Origin: Callorhinchus milii
Taxonomy: Eukaryota
Assembly (NCBI RefSeq): GCF_018977255.1
Contig: NW_024704742.1
Span: 372,001 to 436,000, forward strand
Reading direction: 5' to 3'
Length of the DNA stretch: 64,000 nt
Under the pieces are notes generated by a model. That model did not search any database and was not told the origin of the DNA. It saw only the letters and a list, made by a program, of their open reading frames with translations. Below are positions 36,322-47,507 of this stretch, piece by piece (within the stretch, counting starts at the first letter, position 1; the number at the start of each line of letters is the position of its first letter). The position numbers and the translations under genes were made by a program.

Positions 36322-37012
36322 GTACTGATTAAATTTGCAAATGAATCCAATTAAATTTTAGAATGGCATTTCTTCCTTTTGAACACTTGACCAACAAAAG
36401 GGAGTTCTGGAAGCTGCAACATGTCTTCATTGTGAACGCTAATAATAATAATATTAATCCTTGCATTTGATGTAACGCTTTAGATCGTCCAACGTCTTCA
36501 AGTGCTTCACAGGATAGACTGTAAAGTGTATTGACTGTATTTTGTGGGCGAGATGGTGTTATCACCAGTTCATACTGAGGACAACTTTATTGCAGCCTTC
36601 AAGGGAAACTTAACCTATACCAAGAGACACTGCTCTTTTCTCCACTCTCCAGAGTGAAAAGTATTAACAACTCAAAAACTTGATCTACACCAAACTATGA
36701 AAGCTCCCGAATGCCTCAGTAATTTGAGGATCAAAGGATGGATTTAAAACCTTAATTAAAAGCTTAACGGAGTCCACGAAAACATTATCTAAGCTCTCTG
36801 GACTACTGACTCCTCATCTGGATACCTAAAAGAGCCGAACAGCTTGTCTTGCATACAAGTGGCAGAGCAGAGATGTTTGTCTGGGTTGAGTTTCTTTACA
36901 TGCCAAACATGAACTGCCTTTGATGCTATTTCTCAGCATTGGTAACTTTAGCCAGTTATGATGGAAATGTGGATCTATAATGACAATCTTTAATTGCTTC
37001 TTTTATGTGCAG

Positions 37013-37110
37013 GAGGTGAGCAGCCAATCCCACTGTGGAATGAACATGATATTTTGTTGGATGGAGAGAAGCCAAAAATTCTGCTCTACGCTTTGAGTCT
37101 GAAGTTTAAG
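37013..37110 (+). CDS. BLTP1: BLTP1 exon w31 (98 nt)
   Basis: gcag|GGEQPIPLWNEHD...LSLKFK|gtaaca. Confidence 0.93.
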
Positions 37111-37798
37111 GTAACAACTTTCAAATGCTATTTACTTACTTTTCAAAGTAGCACATCTTTGTGTAAATATTTATAAATCGGTTGTATTTGTTGGCCAAAT
37201 CTGATGGGATGATGTAAATACAGTAGAGCCCTGTTATATATAATGTGGTAGCTAAACCTACTTCAAGCTCCATCTCAAGACCTTTCTCTTTGACCGTGCT
37301 TTTGGTTCCCTTGTTCCCCCATCACTCCTGAATCCAACCTCCAGCTCGGGTGCAAAGCCTCGACTGTCCAGTACCTTGGGACATCCTTCCAACATGAAAG
37401 GTGCTGTTTAAATGCAATTTGTTGTTGTTGAGTCAATAAGTTCCCAACAGCTCCGGAACAGGGCGCAATCACTAGTCAGTGTTTCTGTATACACTGCGCA
37501 TGTGTACAGAAAGACAACTGGCTTTATCCATGCTTCAAAATATGGCTGGCATGAAAAAAACCAAAGTGACTTCCAAGTCATCAGGTTGTTGCTGCTGTTA
37601 TTGCATTTAGATTTGTATGCTTCACGCTGCGGTTAAAGTGATCAGTTTTTGACAGCTTTCATACCACTGAAACACTTGCTCTTGTGAGTACTTAAAATTC
37701 TACTGGATTCTAGTGATGCAATCAATTTTGTACTTTGTTTATTGTAAATTTCTAATTCAAGTTGTCACAAAGATTTACGGTGTAAATTTCCTATACAG

Positions 37799-37993
37799 GG
37801 CATACAGGTTACAGCAACTACCCCTTCTATGAGAGCAGTAAGATTGGAGACTGGACTTATTGAGCTGGAGCTTTCAAATCGCATCCAAACCAAGACCCAA
37901 CCTGGTGCAGCCCGGAATAGCAACTATCTGAAATTGTTCGGTAAATGTCAAGTTGATTTAAACTTGGCGTTGGGACAGATTGTCAAGCATCAG
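37799..37993 (+). CDS. BLTP1: BLTP1 exon w32 (195 nt)
   Basis: acag|GIQVTATTPSMRAVR...LGQIVKHQ|gtatgc. Confidence 0.94.
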
Positions 37994-38220
37994 GTATGCA
38001 TTTATCACCTGTAAAATACCAACTGCACAGCATGCATAACTTTTAGTTCTGTTTTGAAGCTAATGTAAATACTCATCCAAAACCTGATGGGAGGATACAT
38101 GCAATTGAAAATGTAAATCATAAGCAAAGTTATAGTTAAAGGATAGTAAAAATTACAGTGATGAATAAATGGTGAAAAGCATTTAGTTTAATTTGAATCG
38201 TTGCTCTTTTATTGCTGCAG

Positions 38221-38389
38221 GTCTATGAAGAAGCCGGTTCAGACTTCCACCAGGTAGCATATTTTAAAACACGGATTGGGTTGAGGAATGCACTGCAAGA
38301 AGAGATCAGTAGCTCTTTTGACAGAGAAGCCGTTCTGATCACACTGAGTCGGCCGATAATATATGCACAACCTGTAGCGTTTGACAGAG
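38221..38389 (+). CDS. BLTP1: BLTP1 exon w33 (169 nt)
   Basis: gcag|VYEEAGSDFHQVAYFKTRIG...QPVAFDR|gtaagt. Confidence 0.95.
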
Positions 38390-38733
38390 GTAAGTGTTTT
38401 TATCAATTGTTGTTGAGATGAATAGCTGATTATTTAGAATTTAGGTAAGGAGGCAATCAGAAGGAGCAAGATAACCAGAACAACGACTCCAAGCTCACTT
38501 TGGAATGGTGAAGGGTTAAAGGGGAATAAGGGTGTTTCTTAACACTGTCTAAATCACAAGCCAAATGGAACCTAAGTACGTAACTATCACAAGAAACCCA
38601 ACAGAAATACAATTTTAGCTCCTGTATTTCACGGTTTTACCACACCCCAGCATCCAATTGCATTTGTTTTCCTTGACTTTCTTTTTCAGAATTGATAATC
38701 AGTTGTTCACCAAATATTGTTTTTGTTTTGCAG

Positions 38734-38945
38734 CTGTTCTGTTCTGGCTGAACTACAAAGCTGCTTACGACAACTGGAACGAGCAGCGCCTGGCATTACA
38801 CAAGGACATACATGTTGCTACAAAAGAAGTAGTAGACAAGCTACCTGGAATCCAACAGACTTCTGCCCAAGCATTTGGCACACTATTTCTGCAGCTGACT
38901 GTGAATGATTTGGGCATCTGCTTACCTATTACCAGCACCATACAG
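38734..38945 (+). CDS. BLTP1: BLTP1 exon w34 (212 nt)
   Basis: gcag|AVLFWLNYKAAYDNWNEQR...PITSTIQ|gtacta. Confidence 0.95.
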
Positions 38946-39574
38946 GTACTAATATAACATCAATCATCTACTTCCCCTTCACCAACACTACATTTCCTGC
39001 CGTATCACTGCTGCAAAGATTTGTGGCTGTTTGGGGAAGTTGTTGGGTGCAAATCAGTCCTGTGTTCGTCCACGCATATACATACACTGCACTTTTTATT
39101 AAATCCTGTGAAGCGCTTTGAGACTTTTTCCCAACATGAAAGGCTTTACTTCAAACGCAAGGATTATGATTGAGGTCAGATTTACTTGTTTGCAGTAAAT
39201 CTATAGCTAAGAGCGGAGGGTAAAGTTATGGAGAAATAATTCTTTTGACTTGCTTGGAAACTGTATATAAAAAATGAACTGGTTTTAATCATCAGATCCT
39301 CTTTTCACAATAATTAAAATGATATTACGATGATGTACAATGAATTTTGGAACTGAACATCAAAGTTGTGTTTTGTACAAATTGACCCAGTTTAGACCAG
39401 AGGGTAAAAGTAGACTCTAATCAAATTTGGGAAATCCTGCATGTGCTTCTTCAGGCTTTTTTATTGCACAGATATAAGGCAATGTACTGAGAATGTTTAA
39501 TGTTGTCATTTATTACCTTACCGAGGTTTTAAAAAGTGTTTCAAGCAACAATATTGCTATATCAGCATAATAAC

Positions 39575-39740
39575 ACGCTCACTGAATCCACGACTGTTTG
39601 TGGGACACTGCTTTGCGCAAATGACTGCTGTGTTTCACCCACAGAATATACAGTCAACACTTTACTATGTTCTGTGAAATGCTTTGCGACATCTCAACAG
39701 TGATAAGGCACTCTATCAAATGCAAGGATTATTACTATTA
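39575..39740 (+). mobile_element. SINE 3' half
   Basis: aatccacgactgtttgtgggac...aaatgcaaggattatta. Confidence 0.8.
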
Positions 39741-39804
39741 TATACACAGATCATTTAACCGTGTGAAACATTGGAGACATATTTTTTTTCTCTCTGCTTC
39801 TCAG

Positions 39805-40003
39805 ACAAATCACAATATTGACCTTGATCCTGGCTCTGCTTTGGTTCTCACCATTGAGAGCACTCTGATTACTGCCTGCTCCTCTGAATCCCTCGTCAGC
39901 AAAGGTCATTTCAAAAACTTCTGCATACGTTTTGCTGATGGTTTTGAAACTAGCTGGGATGACTGGAAGCCAGAAGTGCGTGGAAATATGATAATGAATG
40001 CCT
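39805..40003 (+). CDS. BLTP1: BLTP1 exon w35 (199 nt)
   Basis: tcag|TNHNIDLDPGSALVLTIES...MIMNA|gtgagt. Confidence 0.94.
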
Positions 40004-40331
40004 GTGAGTAGCTCCTTGGATTATTCTCATGTATTTTTTATTTAATTAATAGTGTTCAAATTGTATTTATTCTGTTAAAACTGCAGCATTATTAAAGTCA
40101 ATGATTGGATGAAGTGTAAAGGATAACGGCTCAGTTATTAGTATTACTTATTAATTAATATTATTAACAAAGGGTAACAAATGAGTCAAGTCACCACCGA
40201 CTAGTTGGGTCAAATGGCCTGTTTCTGAATCTGTGTTGTAATCTTTTATATGAGTAACATTCATTGGAAATATTTAATAATTTGTGAAAGATCTGTTTTC
40301 GATGGCTTCTCTTACCCTCCTTTACGCAACA

Positions 40332-40398
40332 CAATCAAAATTATATTCCCCTTCTCACTGAAGTTACATCAGTGAGAAGGGAAATATGATTTTGATTG
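40332..40398. repeat. Inverted repeat (30-bp arms, 28/30 complementary, 7-nt loop)
   Basis: caatcaaaattatattccccttctcactga-agttaca-tcagtgagaagggaaatatgattttgattg. Confidence 0.9.
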
Positions 40399-40627
40399 AG
40401 ATATTATCTCTCAATTAAGTTACTTCATTGAGCAGAAAGGCACTTTAAGCCATTAAAGTATTGTGTTCAATGCACTGCTTTTACCTCCTGTTGCACGTCT
40501 CTTGTTCTCCAAGGGCATCCTGTTTACTGGTGAGCCTGGATCAGTAAAACTCAGCCAAGTGGGCAGATGAGTTTTTGTGAGTTTAATTAAATGTTATTAA
40601 ATTTAATATTTTTGAATGGTTTAACAG

Positions 40628-40687
40628 GTGTGGTGCCAGATGGAACATATGAAGTATGTTCACGGACTACAGGGCAGCCTTCTGCAG
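40628..40687 (+). CDS. BLTP1: BLTP1 exon w36 (60 nt)
   Basis: acag|CVVPDGTYEVCSRTTGQPSA|gtaatt. Confidence 0.93.
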
Positions 40688-41865
40688 GTAATTTATTTTC
40701 TGATCCTTGTCAGCACCTTCCACAAATCACGGTGATGCGAATGTTAAACCTAGAGAGTTGATGACAGATCCTCATGAGCGACCATAAGTGAAACAACTGA
40801 TAAATCTCTGTAACCCTGTGCCAAAATTAGGAACATGCTGTTAACATAACACTGAGGTTTAGTGCTAGGATTCCAGTGGAGCACACGTGAAAGTTGACGT
40901 CACAAAAAAAGGAAATATGGGTTATTGTGTTTGGTGTTTTGTCTACCAGATTTTCTTTAGAATTTTAAAATATCATGAAGATTTAACTCTCCTATCTACA
41001 GAAAGTACTTTGTGTGAAATGTATATATCTGGGAAGTAGAAATAATAGCTTTGTAAACCTTAAGAAACTCAGGATAGTATTCATTCTATAAATTAGAATT
41101 GCACTACAAAACTCGTTACCACTTCATTCTAATAGTGTCTATATTGCCGCTAGTTCATTGCAATCTGCACTGCTGGTGACAGACCAGCCAACCTAGTTTG
41201 TCAGTATGACTTGGAAGGTTAGACTAGTCACTGGAAATGGCCATTCTTCCTACTCATTTGCTGTTAGGTTTGCATGCAAAATACTTAACTAGTATTCATA
41301 TGTGGAATACTCTTGAGGCTGGTGATGTGTCAGACACCCGGCTGACCAAACAAAAAACAGTTTAAAACTCAGTGAATTTCAGTGTTTGCAACCAAATGAT
41401 TATTCACAAGTCTTACTGCTGAAAACTTGGCAGCAACAACACGATGTGAGCTAGAGGTTGTAAGCTGGAAAGCTTAGAAAAAAATGTCATGCTCACAGCG
41501 TTAAGGATGAACTGTTATTACATTTATTCTTCTTGGGCCGTATCTTGTTTTGTTTGGGCCGTACCATGTCTGTGACTTCACCTATGGCTTATGTATATAT
41601 TTTTTAAAAAGCTTGAGGAATAGAAGTGGTAGAAAAAGGTACAATAGAAAGCCCCAAATCTGCACTGGTGAACACTGACTCAATGTGAATATGGATATGG
41701 TGCAGATATCATGCAAAAAATACGATGTAGTTTATTGTAACTTGCAACCAAGTGTGTCAGCTTGGTTCAGTGGTAGCGTTCTCACCTCCAGAAACATCTT
41801 AAAAACTGCATTTTTGCAGGTTACAACAACTTGCATCTCTCTCACCGTTTTGAAGTGCTAATCCA

Positions 41866-42162
41866 GGAGTCCTGCAGCTCAGTGGTTAGAGCACTCGCCT
41901 TGCAAGCGAGACACCTGGGTTTAATTCCAGGCAGGTCAGGACGAAACCTTGGGCAAGTTTCCTTACTCCATACATCCCTCCAAAAAAAATAATAATAAAT
42001 GGGTCACAAACGACTGTTTGCGAGGACGCTGCTGTGCGCAATTGGCTGCTGCGTTTTGCCCACAGATATACAGTCAATTTACTTTACAGTCTATTCTGTG
42101 AAGCGCTTTGAGACGTTGAGAAGACATGAAAAGCGCTATGTCAAATGCAAGGATTATTATAT
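41866..42162 (+). mobile_element. tRNA-Ala-derived SINE, full length
   Basis: ggagtcctgcagctcagtggttagagc...aaatgcaaggattattat. Confidence 0.9.
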
Positions 42163-42414
42163 TATAATTATCCAGCGCAGGGGTAACAGAAACTCATATG
42201 TATCTTTTCATCCTAATGATTTAGATACGGTACCCTTATGTTGATCCTCCCTCTCTCAGTGACATTCTTATTTGAAAGGAAATGTCTTAGCAGTTTTGAC
42301 CTCTTTAATGTAATTTCTAAAGTATTGTAATTTTCATTGGCTTTGTTAACATATGCTGCATGTTGTGAAGAGTGGGTCACATTAAAGATTTTCTTTGTTT
42401 TTTTTTCTCTCCAG

Positions 42415-42641
42415 ACAGCAGTAGTGCAGGAACTTGGACGCTGAATGTTTTGTGGAAAATGTGTGGTATCGAGGTGCACATGGACCCCAATATAGGCAAA
42501 AGACTGAATGCCTTGGGTAATACAATGACGACTCTGACAGGAGAGGAAGATATTGATGACATCGCTGATTTAAACTCCGTTAACATGGCTGATTTATCAG
42601 ATGAAGATGAACCTGACAGCATGTCTCCCACGATTAGCATT
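42415..42641 (+). CDS. BLTP1: BLTP1 exon w37 (227 nt)
   Basis: ccag|DSSSAGTWTLNVLWKMCG...MSPTISI|gtgagt. Confidence 0.94.
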
Positions 42642-42922
42642 GTGAGTTAATCAATAAGCTTATAAACTATTTACAAAAATGGTATTACCTAATCGACTAG
42701 TTAGATTTTTTCACTATTTGCAATGCTTTAGAAATGCAGTTTTGCAACTGGAGTCACAAATAGAAATTCCTGACAATGACCAGAATTGCTTCTTGTTCAT
42801 CTATGAGAACTCTATTCCAATGCAATTTATTTATGAAGCAGAGTTCCTGTGTATCTGTGTGATGTTGCCCAACATCCTTTTTGCCTTATTTATTGCCATG
42901 TTGTACTATTTTGACATAGAGT

Positions 42923-43100
42923 GGAGTCCTATACCTCAGCGGTTAGAGCACTCGCTTTGCAAGCGAGACACCTGGGTTCAATTCCAGGCAGGTCAGGGCG
43001 AAACCTTGGGCAAGTTTCCTTACGCCTCAGTTTACCCTGCAGTAAGTAGGAACCCAGTTGTTAGTCAATTGGCTGATCGCTTTTCTGGGGGTAATAATTC
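42923..43100 (+). mobile_element. tRNA-Ala SINE 5' half (longer subfamily)
   Basis: Head plus internal segment matching 26470-26643; no tail. Confidence 0.85.
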
Positions 43101-44669
43101 TTGGTTGTAAGACGTACAGAACAGCCATGTTATGTTGTGTTAGTAACGTCAACTCCATGATCAATCGATATGGTTGAATGTTGTGCTTAGTTTGAGATGT
43201 TATGGAAACACTCGGTGGACATGCCAAAGACTCGCGTTGTACCACTATATAATAGAAATGCAGGCAATGTGAGCCACTTCAGCCTCCATTCAAAAACGCT
43301 CGATGAAGGTTCTTGGGCAGTTCAATGAAGAGCCGCAAAACAATTAAGGATAACAACTTCTCATGTGCAGAGCTGTGAGCCTCCAGTTAGAACAGAGGTC
43401 AGAGTATGTCTTCACACTTAAAGATTGACAAGATATGGAATGCTCTGCTCAGAAACCTGGAGAGGTGGATAATTAAAAGAGCAGAATAATTAAAAGGGAG
43501 ATTGACTGATACTTAGAGGTATTTAAGGGTAAGGCAAAAGGAAACTACTTGATTGCGGGATATTAACTAATTTACTTCATGTTGAGACCGTGATCAGCAG
43601 ATTTCCAAGAAGTTGGACATGATGCTCTTAAGTTTAAAATGTTACGTAAACTAGATTTTTTTTAAAAAAACTACCTACAGCAGTTGTGTTATTTTGAAAG
43701 ATCTCTTTCTTTCTCACTCTCTTTTATTTGCACAACCTTTTGAATGTAGCATTCTCAAAATACATATTTCTAATGTATTTACGAACATGAAATTGGAGAC
43801 TAGATTTGACCTGTTTGTGCGTTATCGTATACCATCCCTAGTGAAGGAGACTTTCATGTGACATGAAGTAGTGTATTTTCATACACTAAGATGTATTCAC
43901 ATCAAATAACACAACTTGGTTATGTTTAGGTATCAAATTCTGACAGCAACAGTTAATTGCTCATCCTGAACATTGAGTGTGGAGACTGAACTGTGACTGT
44001 CAAGGTGTTTGTTTATAAGTACTGTGGCTGAAAGTCATTCCAGTTCAATGTTTAAGATTGTTCCTGAACATCCTGAGAATTCGTACCACCAAGTCTCATT
44101 TGCCACTATCTTGGAATCCTGAAATGATGTCAAATTATTACTATTTTATTGGTTCCTAGTCTAGGATTAGGCAGCACTATTTCATGTAGAAATACTTTAC
44201 TTGAAACTTGTAAACTTACTATACCACCCTGTCTTGGCTTCTCTTTGATTCAGGACTATTGGCAGCTTTCATGCATGAGCTTGTAGCACTATATATCAAA
44301 TTAAATTCCGTCCTCGTTTTGTTGTGGGGCTGTGGTTGTTGCTCTTCTCTGTCAAGTCTAATGAGAAAATCAAGTTTGGCAGCACACAATAACCACAGGT
44401 CATCTCCCTGGGTTAATAATGTAGGTTTTCATTGGAGTTCAGAAGCTCCTTATTTTAGTTCAGTCTTCACATAAGCGCAACGTGGGTGTAATCACATAGC
44501 TTTAAGCTAAGGGACTATCAAGCACCCTGAGACTCTAGCCTGCGTGGAGGGCCCTATATAAGTGCAAGTTGTTGTTGTTGTCTATAACTGGTGAGTGCAG
44601 TAAATTTTATCAGTAAATAAAAATGTTGATGTAACTCAAATTGCTAATTTACCCTCCTTTATTGTTCAG

Positions 44670-44870
44670 CATTCAGATGGAAACGCAATAAATGGTGACT
44701 TTGTTAAGCTTTCACTTGGGAAACGACTTGTAAACCAACTCCTTGGTCTGGGCCCCGAACATCACCGTTATTCAGTTCCTGCAGAGTTTCTGTCTAGCGT
44801 TGAGACCTGTGACTCACCAAATTCTCACTGTTTACACAAAAAAGCCTGGCGATCTCGCTCTTGGGATAGC
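44670..44870 (+). CDS. BLTP1: BLTP1 putative cassette exon (201 nt, phase 0/0)
   Basis: ttgctaat branch-like site + pyrimidine tract + cag|HSDGNAINGDFVKLSLGKRLVNQLLGLGPEHHRYSVPAEFL...RSRSWDS|gtatgt; 67 codons with no stop, in the frame the flanking exons require. Confidence 0.75.
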
Positions 44871-45118
44871 GTATGTAACTGTCGCAAGTCTCTCTTTACC
44901 CAATTTCTAAAACACGCAGTTTCTAAATTATCACTTGGGCATCAGATCAGTTGGATTCAATTAACTAAAATTCAAATGGAAAACTTGATTCTTCTTTTCC
45001 TTTGCATGCTGGGGTGGAATTTTTGTAATCATTTGGGCTTGAGGCAGCAGGGCAATCAACTTTCCTTGTCTTTCAGCACGTCTAAACAGAATTTATGATT
45101 TGCGTTCCTTTTCTCTAG

Positions 45119-45249
45119 GAAAACTCTGATTATCGACGGCAAGGCATAGCCGGGAGCCAAGGCATCGACCAAAGAGGAAGGAAATTTATCAAACGTTTAG
45201 TGGACATCAGGGAACTTAATGAACAAGCCAAAGTTATTGATGACCTTAA
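45119..45249 (+). CDS. BLTP1: BLTP1 exon w38 (131 nt)
   Basis: ctag|ENSDYRRQ...DIRELNEQAKVIDDL|gtatgt. Confidence 0.94.
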
Positions 45250-45527
45250 GTATGTATATTAGTCTTCTGGATGGAGTAACGAGAGTTTATTGTGCACATC
45301 ACATTGAACAAATTTTAAGAGTGAAAGCACGAGTATCATTTCAACAACCGACAAATAAGTCAATAACTTGTTTGTTTTAATTAGATATGTGTGTTATGAT
45401 ATTCCAATTGCTTTTGTAAATTGGCTCCTCCGTCACATTGCAGGCTGAAGTTCCTATTACCATCTAACTGAGGGGAAAAAAATTCTTCTTACAATCAGTT
45501 TGAGGATAGCAAACATGCAGCAATTTT

Positions 45528-45803
45528 GTGTGTGGGTGGGGTGTGTGTGGATGGGGTATGTGGATGGGGTGGATGTGTGCGTGTGGGGGGGGTGCGTGTG
45601 GGGGGGGTGCGTGTGGGGCTGTGCGTGTGGGGCTGTGCGTGTGGGGGGGGTGCGTGTGGGGAGGGTGCGTGTGGGGGGGTGCGAGCGGTTGGGGGGTGCG
45701 GGCGGTTGGGGGGTGCGGGCGGTTGGGGGGTGCGGGCGGTTGGGGGTGCGGGCGGGTGGGGTGTGCGGGCGGGTGGGGTGTGGATGTGGGGGGTGTGTGC
45801 GGT
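45528..45803. repeat. G-rich minisatellite / low-complexity tract
   Basis: Units of about GGGGGGGTGCGTGT then GGGGGGTGCGGGCGGTT. Confidence 0.9.
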
Positions 45804-45890
45804 TTAACAATCCTATTGGACTGAAGCAATAGTTTCTGTGTAGTGAGAATCCCAAAGATTGTCTAATTGAGTTGATTCAAACTTTTTTAG

Positions 45891-46014
45891 AAAACTGGGA
45901 GCGAGTGAAGGAACAATAAACCAAGAAATCCAACGTTACCAACAGCTGGAATCTGTTGCTGTGAATGATATCCGGAGAGATGTTCGGAAAAAACTCCGGC
46001 GTTCCAGCATGAGA
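45891..46014 (+). CDS. BLTP1: BLTP1 exon w39 (124 nt)
   Basis: ttag|KLGASEGTINQEIQRYQQLES...LRRSSMR|gtgagt. Confidence 0.94.
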
Positions 46015-46446
46015 GTGAGTAAACCATGTGCATATGCAAAGTACAAGAAAACTCATTGCAAAGACAAGGATTATTATTATTTTATTCATAAAAAACCCAG
46101 ATGCTAGCGATTGTTCTGTGGAAATAGACATCACCATTCCTTCCATTTTTAACGTTTGTCTAAAAATTTAGAGGAGTGATTTTTTTTTTGTGTGTGAACC
46201 TCTTCTGAGAATTTGCATTTGCAATGGCATTTTATTGTAAAAATGTCTCAAAGTGCTTCACAGGATTTCTACTGTGAAGTGTGGCAACTGTTCATTTGTA
46301 GACAAACATGGCAGGCAATCTTGCACACAACAAAGATCTTGTATAAATGCAGGTAAATTGTGTAATAATAGATCACTTACATTGCTAAAGGAAGTCTTAA
46401 GTTTTATTTGCATTTCTAAATTCTCTCTAAATTTGTGTTTCCACAG

Positions 46447-46556
46447 GCGGCATCCCTGAAAGATAAATGGGGTCTGGGCTATAAACCCAGTTACAATAGA
46501 TCTAAGAGTATCGCAACTTCCAACAGACAGTCCTTAAGAAGACTAGAGAGAGCAAG
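46447..46556 (+). CDS. BLTP1: BLTP1 exon w40 (110 nt)
   Basis: acag|AASLKDKWGLGYKPSY...LERA|gtaaag. Confidence 0.93.
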
Positions 46557-46870
46557 GTAAAGAGCTTTTTATTTAAACTGTTAAGTTATGGATCTGGTAC
46601 TATCAAAACATGACCTGCTAGTTTCATTAGTAAAGGAATGTTGTTCTATTCAGTCCAAAATATTGTATTACTTTGTTGCATTGTATTTGGAAATAACTAA
46701 TTATAATAATAATTAATCATTTGATAATCGGAAAACCTGTTTGTAGAAAACAAATATTTTCCTTTGACTTATTTTTCTATTAACTTGATTCTCTCATGAT
46801 AAGGTTATTTTTCAGTGAGAACTACTTCTTATATTTACACTCATTGATTATGACCAATGTTTATTTTAAG

Positions 46871-46964
46871 TACTAGAGTGGGTGACGCAGATGAAGTTCC
46901 TGAAAACCAAAATCAAGAGACTTCTGGACATGGACCAAAAGTGACATTTAAAGTACCGGACACG
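46871..46964 (+). CDS. BLTP1: BLTP1 exon w41 (94 nt)
   Basis: taag|TRVGDADEVPE...GPKVTFKVPDT|gtaagg. Confidence 0.88.
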
Positions 46965-47444
46965 GTAAGGGTCTTTTAGCAATAAATGTGACACAGAAAT
47001 TATTTTTATTTTAAAAAAAGACTCTTACCTCGGGCTCTCAATAGCCAATAGCCCTGCTGTCCCCCTGACGTTTCTGGGGCAATTCAATATTTGCTCTACT
47101 GAGGTTTGTGACCAGGGCAGGAATTCACATCTGTGTCCTCTTTATTGAAGACATCCTGATTTTGGGGTGGGGAGCTGGGTGGTGTGGTTGAGTTTGAATC
47201 CAACTCAGGCTGAAGGGAGGAAAGTATCATCTGGCTAACTTAAGACGTTCTGCATTAAATGAGTTTATGGAACCTCAACACAAGAGTGGATAAGAGGGCA
47301 TAGTAAATCCAGGCAACACTTTATCAAAGGGTACAACCAGAATCAACGTATTGATAGCACTACCTTACGGTGATGTTTCATGTCTGCTCTTAAATTACCG
47401 TATCATTTAACTTCATTTAATTTTCCTTTTTCACTCCTTTAAAG

Positions 47445-47507
47445 CTGAGTGATACAGCTTTGGGCCTTAGAATGCAAGGCAACACCACTGAGGAAGGGTA
47501 TTTTCAG
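47445..47507 (+). CDS. BLTP1: BLTP1 putative cassette exon (63 nt, phase 0/0)
   Basis: Strong pyrimidine tract, aaag|LSDTALGLRMQGNTTEEGYFQ|gtaaac (CAG|GTAAAC donor); in frame, no stop. Confidence 0.7.

Noticed and set aside
45457..45855. Pro/His- and Gly/Cys-rich overlapping ORFs
   Set aside because: Artefacts of a stop-free G-rich minisatellite inside an intron.
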